Below, piece after piece: positions 38,186-50,345 of a stretch of DNA of 64,000 bases; within the stretch, counting starts at the first letter, position 1; the number at the start of each line of letters is the position of its first letter. The notes below the pieces were generated by a model. That model saw only the letters and a list, made by a program, of their open reading frames with translations. It had not been told where the DNA came from and searched no databases. A program made the translations under genes and the position numbers. This DNA comes from Octopus vulgaris. Lineage: Eukaryota. The stretch covers positions 36,642,001-36,706,000 of the forward strand of contig OX597823.1 of assembly GCA_951406725.2 (NCBI GenBank), written 5' to 3'.

Positions 38186-38569
38186 AAAAATATGTGTGTT
38201 TGTGGCCTCTAAATTCATAATTTTCTAAGTGTCTACAAGAAAACGTAAAATAAAAATTAAGTTTCTCTGTCTGCTGACTAAAATTTGAAAACTGTAGATT
38301 TATCTTGTTTATTAAATTAAGAATCAAAACCAGTGGTAGAAGTGACACTGAATTACAAACATACACAAGAAAAATTGAATATATTAATATGATTGTTTGG
38401 CTTTTATTAGATTTACTCTATGAGATCTACTAAAATATATGGAATGAAATTTTGAAAATTTTCTGTTTATTCTAAGAAACAGTAAACTGATAGACTTGAT
38501 GTTTTGTTTAATTTAATTAGAGTCTATTAAGTATTTTCTTTAAAACCTCAGGTTTCAATAAAATGTGCT

Positions 38570-39531
38570 GGAGTTAGTTGATAAAATCAACTATTCACCT
38601 ACCTTGCAAATGTATGGCTTTGTGCCAACATGAGAAAGGATTATTATTACTATTATTATTATTATCCAGGTGGCAAGCTGGCAGAATTGTTAGCATGCTG
38701 GAAAAACTGCTTAGTGGCATTTCTTCTGTCTTTACATTCTGAGTTCAAATTCCGCCGAGGTCAACTTTGCCTTTCATCCTTTCGAGATCAATAAAATAAG
38801 TACCAGGTGAACACTGGGTCAATGTAATCGATTCATTCCCTCCCACCAAATTGTTGCCCTTGTGGCAAAATTTGAAACCATTATTATCATCATTATTATT
38901 ATTATTATTATTGTTGTTGTTATTATTAAAACGATAAATATTAGCATGCTGGGAAAAATACTTAGTGGTATTTTGTCCATCATTACATTCTTAGTTCAAA
39001 TTCCACCAAGGTCCACCTTGCCTTTCATCCTGTTGGGGGTCAATAAATTAAATACCAGTGAAACACTGGGGTTGGTGTATTTGACTATCCCCCTCCTAGA
39101 ATTGTTAGTGCATCAGACAAAATACTTAGCATCCCTTCATCCAGCTCATTACATCCTGAGTTCAAATTCCACCCAGGTTGACTTTGCCTTTCATCCTTTT
39201 AGGATTGATAAAATAAAGTACTAGTCAACAGATTTGCCCATCACCCTCCAAACTGCATGCCTTGTACTAAATTGAGATGCCGCCGCCGATGATCTCTACT
39301 GAAGGCACAAAGCTTGAAATTTATGGGGAAGTGACTAGTTGATTACATTGAACCTAGTGTGTAACTGGTACTTAATTTATTGACCATGAAAGAATGAAAG
39401 GGAAAGTTGACTTTGGCGGAATTTAAACTTAAAAAATAAGGATGGATGAAATGCTGCTAAGCATTTTGCCTAATGTGCTAATGATTCCACCAGCTCACCA
39501 CCTACTACTATTGCTGCTGCTGCTGCTGCTG

Positions 39532-39564
<33 letters not shown>

Positions 39565-40050
39565 ATGATCATTGTTCTTTATTATTATTATTATTATTAT
39601 TATTATTGGTAGAATTGTTAGAGCATCAGAAAAATGCTTTGCCATATTTGTTCTGGCCCTTTACATTCTGAGTTTAAATTCTGCCCAGATCAACTTTACT
39701 TTTCATCCTTCCAGACTTGAGGAAATAACATACTAGTCAAGTACTAAGGTTGTCCCTCCTCTCAAAATTGATAGTATTGTACCTAAATCAACAACCATTG
39801 TCATTGTCATTATTTAGAGCAGTGAATTAACAAAATAATTAGGACATCAACCAAAATGTGTTTCAGCATTTATTCTGGCTCATTATATTCCAAGTTAAAA
39901 TTCCATTAATGTCAACAACTTTGCCTTTTACTCTTCTGTCAGAAGGGGGGGGCATCAATAAAATAATGTACCAGTCAAGTATGAAAAGTAGTGTAATAAG
40001 TAGCCACCCTTTTCCAAAATTTTGGTATTTGTACCTATATGAGAAACAAT
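38570..40050. mobile_element. Cluster of about seven SINE B copies separated by (TTA)/(CTA)/(CTG) repeats
   Basis: + copies at ~38668-38880, 38935-39095, 39098-39270, 39608-39795 and 39815-40050; - copy at ~39295-39500; partial tail at 38570-38640. Confidence 0.85.
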
Positions 40051-40059
40051 TATTATTAT

Positions 40060-41265
40060 TTTTATTTATGCTTTTCCTCTGGCAGATCTTATACTGACAC
40101 CATACCAAAAGAGCAAGCCATATCCAATAGCCAAAAGTCTTTTGGGTCATTCGTTTTCCTTTGACTTTCTAACACCCTCCTTGGAATCCTTGCTGTTCAT
40201 AACATGGCTGTTTTCTGCAACAGTCCTGTCTGGATGATAATTCCTAGCTTCTGAAGCCATGCATCGAACCTTTTACCATCTACTTCCAGTGTGCCAACCA
40301 CAGTTAGTACCACTTCCAAGTGTCCGAGTCTCCATAGTTTCCTTATTTCTATCTTCACCTCCTGGTATCTATCAAATTTCTCACTTTCCTTCTCATTTAC
40401 CTTGTGGTCCCCCTGTGAAGCAATATTCATATTAATTGCTTCATTCTTTTTCTTTACTACAATGTCAGGTTTTCTAGCCACAATAAGATGGTCACATTGG
40501 ATGGTTTTTCCCACAAGATCTTATATTGTTTGTTTTCAGTAACCCTAGAAAGGTGCTCATACCATTTCTCACTTCTGCTCATGTCATACTTATAACAGAG
40601 CTTCCAGTGAACCAATCTGGCAATGTTGTCTTACTTTCTCTTGTAGTCTTTCTGTGCAAGCCTCTTACATTCACTAATAATGTGGTGTATTGTTTCACCT
40701 TTCTCACCGCACAACTTACTAAGTGGGGGAAGTCACTGACTTGTTAGTATTGAACTTAATATAGTTTGTTCTCTGTGCCTGTGCTTAGAACATGAAAATA
40801 AGGGCTTTAGTTTCAACTTTCAAGTTGCTTTTCCTAGTCCAATCCCAGATCTTATCTTTGTCATCTGTTTCAGGCATTTCCTGCAAGAATTGGCCATACA
40901 TTTTTTCCTTTCCATCTATTCAAGATGTCATTCTGTCTGTCTTGTTTAAATTCCCCCTTTTCATTTGCTTCATCACTGCTTAGGACTTTTATATTTCTTA
41001 CTCCTGCCATCAATCTCTCATTTGAATTCTTTACATACCATACCAGATCTTTTTTCCTCAGACTTCACACACATTTCACAGCTAACGAGACCTCTTCCTC
41101 CTCTCTGTTGTGATAGATTTATATCACTCTCCACATCACTGTTGGGGTGTAGTGGCCCTTGTAGTATTATCATTTTCCTGGCTTTTCTATCAAGCTCCTG
41201 AAGTTCACCACTTCTCCATACCAGTACTACACTTTAGAGTTGCAATGGCTCATGTGTTGACAGCT
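40060..41265 (-). mobile_element. R4/Dong-clade LINE, 3' ~1.2 kb, decayed
   Basis: ORF 40197..40514: ARKPDIVV...EKFDRYQEVKIEIRKLW...VVGTL...LLQKTAML (PD..D REL endonuclease). Upstream HPNSDVERDINLSQQRGGRGL-like segment at ~41090-41150. Confidence 0.85.
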
Positions 41266-43059
41266 AGTATCTTAGCTGGCAGTCACTGAGGTATCAGCAA
41301 ATTTGCTAACATCTGTATGATTTGCAACTAATATATGGACATCTCAAAATCAAATAGACTCCCCTCCTTATAGTGTTTCATCTGTGTTTGGGAATCTGGA
41401 TATTTTAGTATTTCAAATCTCATGTTTTCCCAACTGGATGTCCTCCCTACTGTGAACTCTTGAAATTGATGTGAGAGTGATTTTCAGTTTGGTAAATTCG
41501 AACCAAATGCTGAGAGTAACTTTCATCACACCAATAATGTAGCAAAATTTTGGGTTTCCATTTATGGACTGTGTAATCCATTGACGACCTCCCCCTAGTA
41601 ACCCTGCACTTATGTAGAGTGGAGGATGTATTAATGGTGGTGGTAGAGTGTTTGTGGGGGATTGTATCATGTCTTTTTAGTTGTTCTGTTTCCAATATTA
41701 GTTCACTAAAGTTATAACATCTAATTTGATAGTATGTCACTTTCAATAGAAAATAATTTTCCAAAAAAATCTATTAAGTGAAAGATATTAAAAATCAATA
41801 TTTTTTTTCAAGCAACTGACAGCTACTTTCTAGGTCTCCTGGCTTTAGTGCAGCCTGCTGGTGTCGGTTATGGTAACAGTAGAGTGTCCTACTTACTATT
41901 AGGAGTTGTAACATTTTCTGCATCAGTCAATTCTCCATCCTGTATCCATTGCTTACCTGTTTTTTTTACTCTTTAATTATCTAGATTTCTCTACTGCTAG
42001 TGTCATCTGATGCTGATTGATTTCTTTTTTTATAAAGCCTCTCCTTATTATACACTCATTTCACTCTTCCTATTTTCCTTATCTCTCTCTCTCTCTCTCT
42101 CTCTCTTCTAGATAGGTTATTCTTTCAAGTCTATGCCAGACCTAACTTTGGTCATTTTACTTTCAACAGAAACAGCACACACACGCACAAAGGGCTCTCA
42201 TCTCCTTGTCTTCATCTCATTGTCTGCTGTATCACCTTACTTCATCACTTCAATAATGAACAACTGTAATGCGATGCAGCGTAGCAGCTGCACTTCCGTA
42301 CACTACTGATAGGATATTGACTGAACTGTAGTTTCCATCGAATCATTGTTTCTATGATACTATCAGCAGTAGCAGCAACAGCAGAAGGAAATACTGTTTA
42401 TGTTATGTAATCAGACATGGCTGCCATTAACTATTACTGCCAGTTTCCTCTGTTTCTTACATGTTGTGGCCAATCATGATTTGGATGGGGCACTTACTGT
42501 TAGTTCAATCTATCCCTATTTGCCTAATGATGCACAGTTTGTAATACTTTCCCAACATAGAATTTAATATTTTATCTCTCTCTTAAAATCAGGATAAACA
42601 GCTTGATTTCTTACCGTGTTTTGGTGAAACAAGTTTGCACTTCTGCTGTGGAAGGCTGTGATATAAACATCTGTTGTGTATCATTGATATGGAACTGAAC
42701 CTACTATAAAAACATCCTATTTAGTTAGTGGTTCAGACTTGAAGCTTTAAAGATGGTGCCCACTGATTATTTCAAAAAATGTTGCCTTTTGAGACCGATC
42801 TCGATTTATTTTACCATCTCTTAAATCTTTGGCACACATCTGGTTATAAAGACATGAAATGTGTTGTGTCTGATCTTTTGAAATGAATCAAACAATTACA
42901 TTTAGAAATGAGATTTTTATTAAGAAAACCCTGTGGTAAGACTTGCCAAGAAGACATTGAGCAAAGAATTACTAATTTGAAGTTGCAATCTTGCCTTTCA
43001 ATTGTGGTCAAAATTCCTATGGTTATTGTTCTTGAAACATATTTTAGATTTCACTATAA

Positions 43060-43105
<46 letters not shown>

Positions 43106-43167
43106 TATGAGAGTAACTTTCATCACACCAATAATGTAGCAAAATTTTGGGTTTCCATTTATGGACT

Positions 43168-43505
43168 TGCCAGCTCTGTCTGGCCCCGTGTCGGTGGCAC
43201 GTAAAAGCACCATCCGTTCGTGTCCGTTGCCAGCATCGCCTGGCCCCGTGCCGGTGACACGTAAAAGCACCATCCGTTCGTGGCCGTTCGCCAGCTCTGT
43301 CTGGCACCTGTGCAGGTGGCACGTAAAAAACACCCACTACACTCGCGGAGTGGTTGGCGTTAGGAAGGGCATCCAGCCGTAGAAACACTGCCAGATCTGA
43401 CTGGGCCTGACGAAGCCTTCCAGCTTCACAGACCCCAGTTGACCCGTCCAACCCATGCTAGCATGGAAAACGGACGCTAAACGATGATGATGATGATGAT
43501 GATGA

Positions 43506-43509
<4 letters not shown>
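43168..43509 (+). mobile_element. RTE-clade LINE 3' UTR fragment, young, with (GAT)n tail
   Basis: ~60-bp internal repeats (gccagc...ggccccgtgccggtggcacgtaaaagcaccatccgttcgt), tggcgttaggaagggcatccagccgtagaaac, CpG-rich. Confidence 0.9.
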
Positions 43510-43543
<34 letters not shown>

Positions 43544-43547
<4 letters not shown>

Positions 43548-44178
43548 AGACCCGGCAGGACAAGTGAGTCCACAACCCGTGGCCTTCTACATGGGATGGA
43601 GCCAGCCTACGTATGCATACCTTCCCTTCTTGGGACACAAAACTCTACTTGTGAAGACGTGTTGAGGCAAGTGAGGATCAGAATCGAAATCGATCAATGG
43701 AAATTGCGGATGTGCTACCAGTGCCGGTGGCATGTCGAAACTCTGCTTGTGAAGACCCATTGAGGCAAGTGAGGATCAGAATCGAAATCGATCAATGGAA
43801 ATCGATCAATGGAAATTGCAGATGTGTTACCAGTGCCGGTGGCATGTAAGAGAACTTTCCGTTTCGCGACCGTTGCCAGCACCGCCCCGTTTCGTGTCCG
43901 TTGCCAGCCTCGCCTGGCCCTCGTGCCGGTGGCACATAAAAAGCACCATCCGTTCGTGGCCGTTTGCCAGCTCTGTCTGGCACCAGTGCGGGTGGCACGT
44001 AAAAAGCACCCACTACACTCACGGAGTGGTTGGCGTTAGGAAGGGCATCCAGCCGTAGAAACACTGCCAGATTTGACTGGGCCTGATGAAGCCTTCTGGC
44101 TTCACAGACCCCAGTAGAACCGTCCAACCCATGCTAGCATGGAAAACGGACGCTAAATGATGATGATGATGATGATGA

Positions 44179-44182
<4 letters not shown>
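43544..44182 (+). mobile_element. RTE-clade LINE 3' end (last codons EKTRQDK* plus full 3' UTR), young
   Basis: gagaagacccggcaggacaagtga matches the ORF end seen at ~26410-26435 on the minus strand. Internal ~100-bp duplication (~43640-43735 / 43738-43846) and (GAT)n tail. Confidence 0.88.
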
Positions 44183-44226
<44 letters not shown>

Positions 44227-45019
44227 CTTTCTAACAGTTTTTAGAAATGTCTTGGAGCTTTTCAGAAATTATACAATAATAAACAAATTTCCTTTTCAAA
44301 GCCAATCAAGTTTTAATTTTATAATCAGAAAATGTAATGAAATTGGTGGAAGTTGATTTCTTGTTTTGTTTTGTGTAGTAGTCAGATAATAAAATGTAAC
44401 TGTTCTAATAACATGTTCGATATTCCAAAATATTCTCATACCATACAGATTTTTTGACATAGTTTAAAATTACCAAACTTTCTGGTCATCCATCTTCTTA
44501 ATTTTTAACTGTCTATATTAATTAATCAGAGCTAATTTATTTCATGCTTAGGTTTTCCAACAACTTTCCTGCGAGGAGATTTTGTTGAAGTGTTTCAAGC
44601 GATTAAAATTATTTTATCACACCTCTTTTTTTATATATTTTATTTTGATTTCTTGTGTTCGTTGGGTATTGAATAATTTGAAACTTTTAAAAGATAAATA
44701 CCTTAATTCACTTGTTATAATATTTATAGGCTCTATCTTCATTAAAGAAGATATTGATGTGTGTGTGTGTGTGTGTGTATCATCATCATCATCATTGTTT
44801 ATATATATAAATTTATATAAATAAGGAAGATCGTTATTTAAAATACCGATCATATCAGGTGGCTAGCATGAGAATAATTATTATTAAAATTATAATTAAG
44901 GGTATCTAAAAGATACCACCATGCGAGATATAGCAGCCAAAACTTGACTCTCTCTCTCTCACTATATATATGTACACACATGCACACACACCTAGAGGAG
45001 ACTTAGATGCAACGTGCTC

Positions 45020-45371
45020 TCTCTCTTTACTCTTTCACCTGTTTCAGTCATTTGACTGTGGCCATGCTGGAGCACCGCTTTTAGTTGAGGAAATCGATCC
45101 CAGGACTTATACTTTTGTAAGCCTAGTACATATTCTACCGGTCTCTTTTGTCGAACCGCTAAGTAAACACACCAGCATCGGTTGTCAAACACCCACACAT
45201 ATATATATTCGACAGGCTTCTTTCAGTTTCCATCTACCAAATCCACTCACAAGGCTTTGGTCAGCCCGAGGCTATAGTAGAAGACACTTTACCCAAGGTG
45301 CCATGCAGTGGGACTGAACCCAGAACCATGTGGTTGGTAAGCAAGCTACTTACCACACAGCCACTCCTGCA
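45020..45371 (-). mobile_element. SINE family A, reverse, CpG-retaining
   Basis: gtttcagtcatttgactgtggccatgctggagcaccg...gtgggactgaaccc...taccacacagccactcctgca. Confidence 0.9.
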
Positions 45372-45695
45372 ATGATGTATTTTTATAAATTTATTTTCAC
45401 TTCAATACATTTTCATGTAACCAATATATTGCTGTATATCAGCCTTATTTTAAACACGTTAATGTTTTTAATTGATAACCTTCATTGTTTCAACATCACT
45501 TTCTGTTACTTTCAACTTTAAAATTGTAAATTTTAGGTTCAAATTCCCTCTTCTCTTCTGTTCACATCTTTTGTTTTTTTTAATCTCCATATGCCTATCT
45601 TATTATTTTATGTACTGTCACTCTTTTATTCATTCACTGTTTCTTTATTACATTGTTTCTATTTCTATAATTATTTCTTTGATCTCAGATGAATG

Positions 45696-45728
45696 ATTCT
45701 AATGTTTTCTTTCTCTTTTCAGGTAAGT
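45696..45728 (+). promoter_or_regulatory. Juxtaposed 3' splice site / 5' splice site (candidate recursive splice site, or donor of a 34-nt exon 45689-45722)
   Basis: ttctaat (branch-like) - gttttctttctcttttCAG|GTAAGT; AG at 45721-45722. Confidence 0.5.
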
Positions 45729-46419
45729 TCATTTGGATACACATAATCCTTTATGTGATATTTACTGTAATAATCTGTAAGTAAAATGAACTGACTTTAC
45801 CCCTCCTCCTTTACTTGCTAAATCAACATTTGCCCCTCCGATTTGTTGCCCAACTGAAGTGATAAAATGGTAAAAAAAATTCTTCACATACTTTATTAAG
45901 GTTTCTTTAATACCAGTTTGCATTTGTAAAATGTACAAGATTACAGTATTGACAAATGTACAAGATTACAGTATTGGACAAATGACTTGCTTAATATTGA
46001 GCTTCGACTAGTGGAAACAGCTTCATGTTTAATGAAGAAATTGTAGAATTTTTTTTCTGTATGGTTGTTAAAGATACCTTGCATTGTATCTACTACTACT
46101 ACTACTACTGCTACTACTACTACATTCCTCAAGAGTCACATTGATATTTCACTTCAAGTTGGTTACATCACTACTTTACATATATCGTTGACTATGTACA
46201 AGAGCTGAGATGTACAATATAATGTATTTTGTAAGTTTGCAGAGTTCTTTTTTAAGTTTATGACTTTCTTCAGCTTTAGAATTACGAAGGGCTCCTTCTA
46301 GAAATAGAAGTATTTCGCTCTTAATTCCCAACATTCTTGATAGTTCTTGTAATTCTTTGTAGTTTTTTTAGACTTTCATCAAGATTCTCACTAAGGTACA
46401 TAGATATCTTCCAGTTGGC

Positions 46420-46725
46420 AGATTTATTTTCTCTACATCTATGATAACAAGATCGGATATGTTAGCCACAACTACACATCTATAATAAAAAATTTCTAGT
46501 TTGTTAACAACATTATTTCTACATGTCCACGACAACAAGATTTGGCCTGTTAGCAACCTTATCTCTTCATATCCATGACAACAAGATTGACCTATTCACA
46601 GCCTTATTTCTACATATCTATGACAAGATTGACCTATTCACAACCTTTTTTCTACATATCCATGATAGCAAAAAATGGCCTGTTAGCAACATTATTTCTC
46701 CTCTAAAAGATAAAATTTTGACCTG
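46420..46725. repeat. Diverged minisatellite, unit ~45-48 bp, ~7 copies
   Basis: Recurring ttatttctacatatccatgacaacaagattgacctgttagcaac-like unit. Confidence 0.85.
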
Positions 46726-47899
46726 TTGTTGTAGGAGGAGGGCACTGAAAAAAGTACTGGGGCGGCATTGATAGAAATGGTAGTGCTAGCATCATCTGTG
46801 TGTGTGTGTGAATAAAGTATGGAACTGAAGTTCAGTTCAAAGATTTCTTTTAAAAATCATTTCAACTTATATGGATTTAAGTGGCAACATGAAGATGAAA
46901 TGTAAAAGTATCTTCTTACTAGCCATTGTCCATTTTACTAGCAGTCATATAATAAAGAATAGGTTTCTCCATTACAATGATTCTTTATTATTTTGGTTGT
47001 TGTTTCAACCCTGGCCTTATTGATATTGTTCTAGCAGATTAATATATCTCCTTGTTTTATATTTTATACTTTGGCTGTCATGTGTCTTCATAATATTTTT
47101 ACTGCTCAATGTAACTATGATTAATATAATCTAACACTCATAATTGACAGCTCTGATGGTTAAATTTCTAGTATGTTTGCTTTTGTATTTAATGTTATTG
47201 TGGCTTATATGAACAATCACTGGTATTACTTTTCCTTTAAACAATTAATCTATTACATTGATAACCTTCTTGTAATGGATGTGCTAACGAAAGCAATAAG
47301 TTTTGATATTGGGAGAAGTTCTCTATTACATTTCCATTGATTGATATCTCACTAATGACCATAACTGACGTCCACTGATGAATTCATGAAATATATTGTA
47401 TACACACAACATTGATCACTTGGTGAAGTAGACATCAGTCTTAATCCAGCTTTATAAAATTGGTATCATCTTACTCTGATCAGTGCTGTTTGGTCTACCT
47501 CTACAGAGAGAATTAGCAGTGTGTGTGTGTATAGACACTGCATTTGCACTGTATAAATAATACATTACACAGATTTGTTATATAAAGTAATGGCCATCTA
47601 ACTTCATTGATATTTACACTTGCGATACATTTTGATAAATGCAAAGAAACAGTTCTCTCTCTCTCTCTCACACGTACACACACACAGCTAAAAGGACAAT
47701 GTGTATGTGTGTACACACAGAGGCTATAGAAGATCTGCCTCACTGAGTTTAAGCTGAGCCATGTAAACATGGGAAAGTGAATGTTTAAACAATTTAAACA
47801 TATGGTGAGTTGAGTGGAATGAAGTAAAATAATTTTGGAGGCTACTTTGGTATGTACTGTATGGGGTGTGTGTGTGTGTGTGTGTGTGCAAAGCATGCA

Positions 47900-48830
47900 G
47901 TGAATATTGCTTGCAAAATCAACATATTGTTGAAAAGTGGAAGAAATGCAGGAGTCATGGGCCAAAATGAGAGCCATCCAGTAATTGAATTTAAGGGGTT
48001 TCTCCAAGCATTGTAGCTGTATTCTTTTGTCTGAACAGTTGAAGCAGAGTTATGGATAAACCACTTGGAGGACTTGAAGGTGTGAATTTTTGTTGCATAT
48101 GGTGTGTTAAGGGACTTGCTTGAGAGGCTGGCATCAGTTATTGACATATCTGTTTCTTACAGGTCAGGGATGAAGGATATGTGCTGCCAGAGGTAGTTTA
48201 CATAGAACTGGTTGAAGTGGCTGAGCTCTGTCTGACTAATAGTGTGCTAAAGAATTTAAGTTGTGATGTGTAGTGTAGTGTGTTGATGTATGATGGGTAA
48301 TCACAATAAAGCAGTGTTTAGATGACCTACTCGTAGCAGTAATGGTACTGATATGGCAGAGGTTGAATCTGGAAATGAGATAGGGTTCAAGGGTGTTTGA
48401 AGTGTTTTGGGTTAGTTTGGAATAAATTCAGAGAATGAAATTAGTTGTGGCAAAAGGTTGAGGATGGCAAAAGATTCAGTAACTGCATGAATGCCAGGAA
48501 GAGTTATGAAAAATGAAGTCATTGAAGATGATTCCTCAAAGAGAGGTGATTTTTGGTCTATGGATCAAAGAGCTAGTGGCAAATGGGAGAGGGAGACTTT
48601 GGTCCACACTTACTCGAAATCTGTGTTGCTGATGTCCAGGTGATTAGCAGGGTGAGTGGACTCTGTGTATACACAGAGTTTGAGTAAAGAATGTAGCTTG
48701 GCTGATACAAGGGGTCTATTGTTAAAGGTTGAAAAACCTGTGTCTTAATGAAGAATAAGGTGTCAGACGCCTGAGTGGATTGGAGTTCATAGATGTTAGA
48801 AAAAATGAAAGGAGATTGTCTAGTGGGTTT
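47900..48830 (-). mobile_element. CR1/Jockey-group LINE remnant (APE endonuclease and linker)
   Basis: Minus-strand FSNIYEL, DTLFFIKTQV (PD.L.LTETQV-like) and KSSKWFIHNSASTVQTKEYSYNAW (PWFN..C..A...KE.AY..W-like). Confidence 0.55.
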
Positions 48831-49392
48831 TAGATTTTGGTAAATTTTAGGTTTAGGGAGGTGTAGAGTGTCTCAATGCCTCATGAGGCAAGACCTTGTT
48901 GAGAACCTGGTCTGACTGCTTGTTATGTAGGAATTCTGCTAAAAGCATCAGTGGATCAGAGATGATGATGTTTATATTAGCTGCATTATGTGACTATCAT
49001 TCAAACCAAAAGAAGAGGTGCAAATTCTAGACCATATACAAGTGTATATTAGCCAAAATGGTAAATGGTAACCCAGAAACAAACATGAATACACAGACAA
49101 ATGCTACAACAGGAATAATTTTAGAAATAATTTTTCATGTATGTGGTGACAATGGCAATAATAATAATAATAATAATAATAAATAATAAGGCATCTGTAG
49201 GAAGCGTCCTGCAAGTAGTGTTGAGGAAGAGAAGGGAGAGAGAAGCCAACAATAATAGTGAGGGACTGCTAAGTCTATCAAGTAATCTATATAGATTCTC
49301 TAGTAGTAAAAAAAAAAAAAAAAAAAAAAAAAATTCACACAAAAGAAGCTATTAATGTATATTTGAGATTTTTAAAGATATATGTATATATA

Positions 49393-50269
49393 CGAGGTGG
49401 TATTGAAAAATTCCTGAACTAGTTCTCTAGTGCACCAACAGATGGCAGCACACAGTTGTGAGCACAGTGAAAGCTAGCAGTGATCTTCATGTGGCAGTGT
49501 GCCAAGTGACATCGTTTTATGAAATTTCTGTTTTTGTGATCACATGTATCCTGTAGACTGCAATTTTTTTATGGACAAGAACAAAGAGCCAATGTGAAAT
49601 TTTGAGTTAAACTTAGGAAGTCTTCTACTGAGACATTGAGCATGCTTTGGCAAGCTTATGGCAATGGGTTGTGCGCAGTGTTTTGAGTGGCACAGGTGCT
49701 TCAAAAGTGGGAAAATGTCCCTGGAAGACAATGAGCAACCCGAAAGACTTACCATGTGTGTTGCCCCCAGAAATGTGGTAGTGTGCATCGAGAATTTGTT
49801 CCTTAGGGCCAGACTGTCAATTGAGTGTTCTGTGATGTTTTGAAGTGTTTGAGAGAGGACACTCGGCAAAGATGACCAGATCTGTGTAGTGTAAAGAATT
49901 AAATTCTTCATGACAATAATGCACCCTGTCACTGAGCTCTCCTCACTTGTGAGTTTCTTGCCAAAAACAGCATGGTATTGCTTCTGCACATGCCCTGATC
50001 TCCAGATTTAGTACCTGCAGACTTTCCCAAGATGAAAACACAATTCAAAGTTTGCCTTTTTAACACCATCGTCAAGATACAGAGAGAACTGCAGGTCCTC
50101 GACTCAAGAAAAACGACTTCCAGGCCGGATTCCAAAAGTGGTAGGAACTCTGGGACTGGTGTATTGCTGTGCAAAGTGACTATTTTGAAGGAGATGATGT
50201 TAAAACTTTGGTAAATAAGTTCTTTTTTATTAAGCATAACTAGCCCTGGAACCTTTTGATGCCACCTCA
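49393..50269 (+). mobile_element. Internally deleted mariner-like element
   Basis: TA|cgaggtggtattgaaaaattcc...ggaaccttttgatgccacctca. Motifs EQRANVKF, CFEWHRCFKSGKMSLEDNE, LHDNNAPCH, SPDLVPADF. Confidence 0.88.
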
Positions 50270-50305
50270 CACATGTGTATATAAATAATAGACATCCATC
50301 ATCAT

Positions 50306-50345
50306 ACTGTCTGATGATGCCTTAGCAGGCTGAAATTTTTGCAGT
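50306..50345 (+). ncRNA. Minimal type I hammerhead ribozyme-like motif (Penelope-type), probably degenerate
   Basis: actgt-CTGATGA-t-gcct-tagc-aggc-t-GAAA-ttttt-gcagt: stem I actgt/gcagt, stem II gcct/aggc, conserved core boxes. Confidence 0.45.

Noticed and set aside
43168-44000. CRISPR-like array
   Set aside because: Contiguous tandem units without unique spacers, inside a eukaryotic LINE UTR; no cas genes. The same applies to 46420-46725.
45928-45985. Short 25-bp tandem duplication (also ~29 bp at 9799-9855, ~62 bp at 5092-5192, ~54 bp at 55000-55090)
   Set aside because: Ordinary local slippage duplications with no evidence of function.
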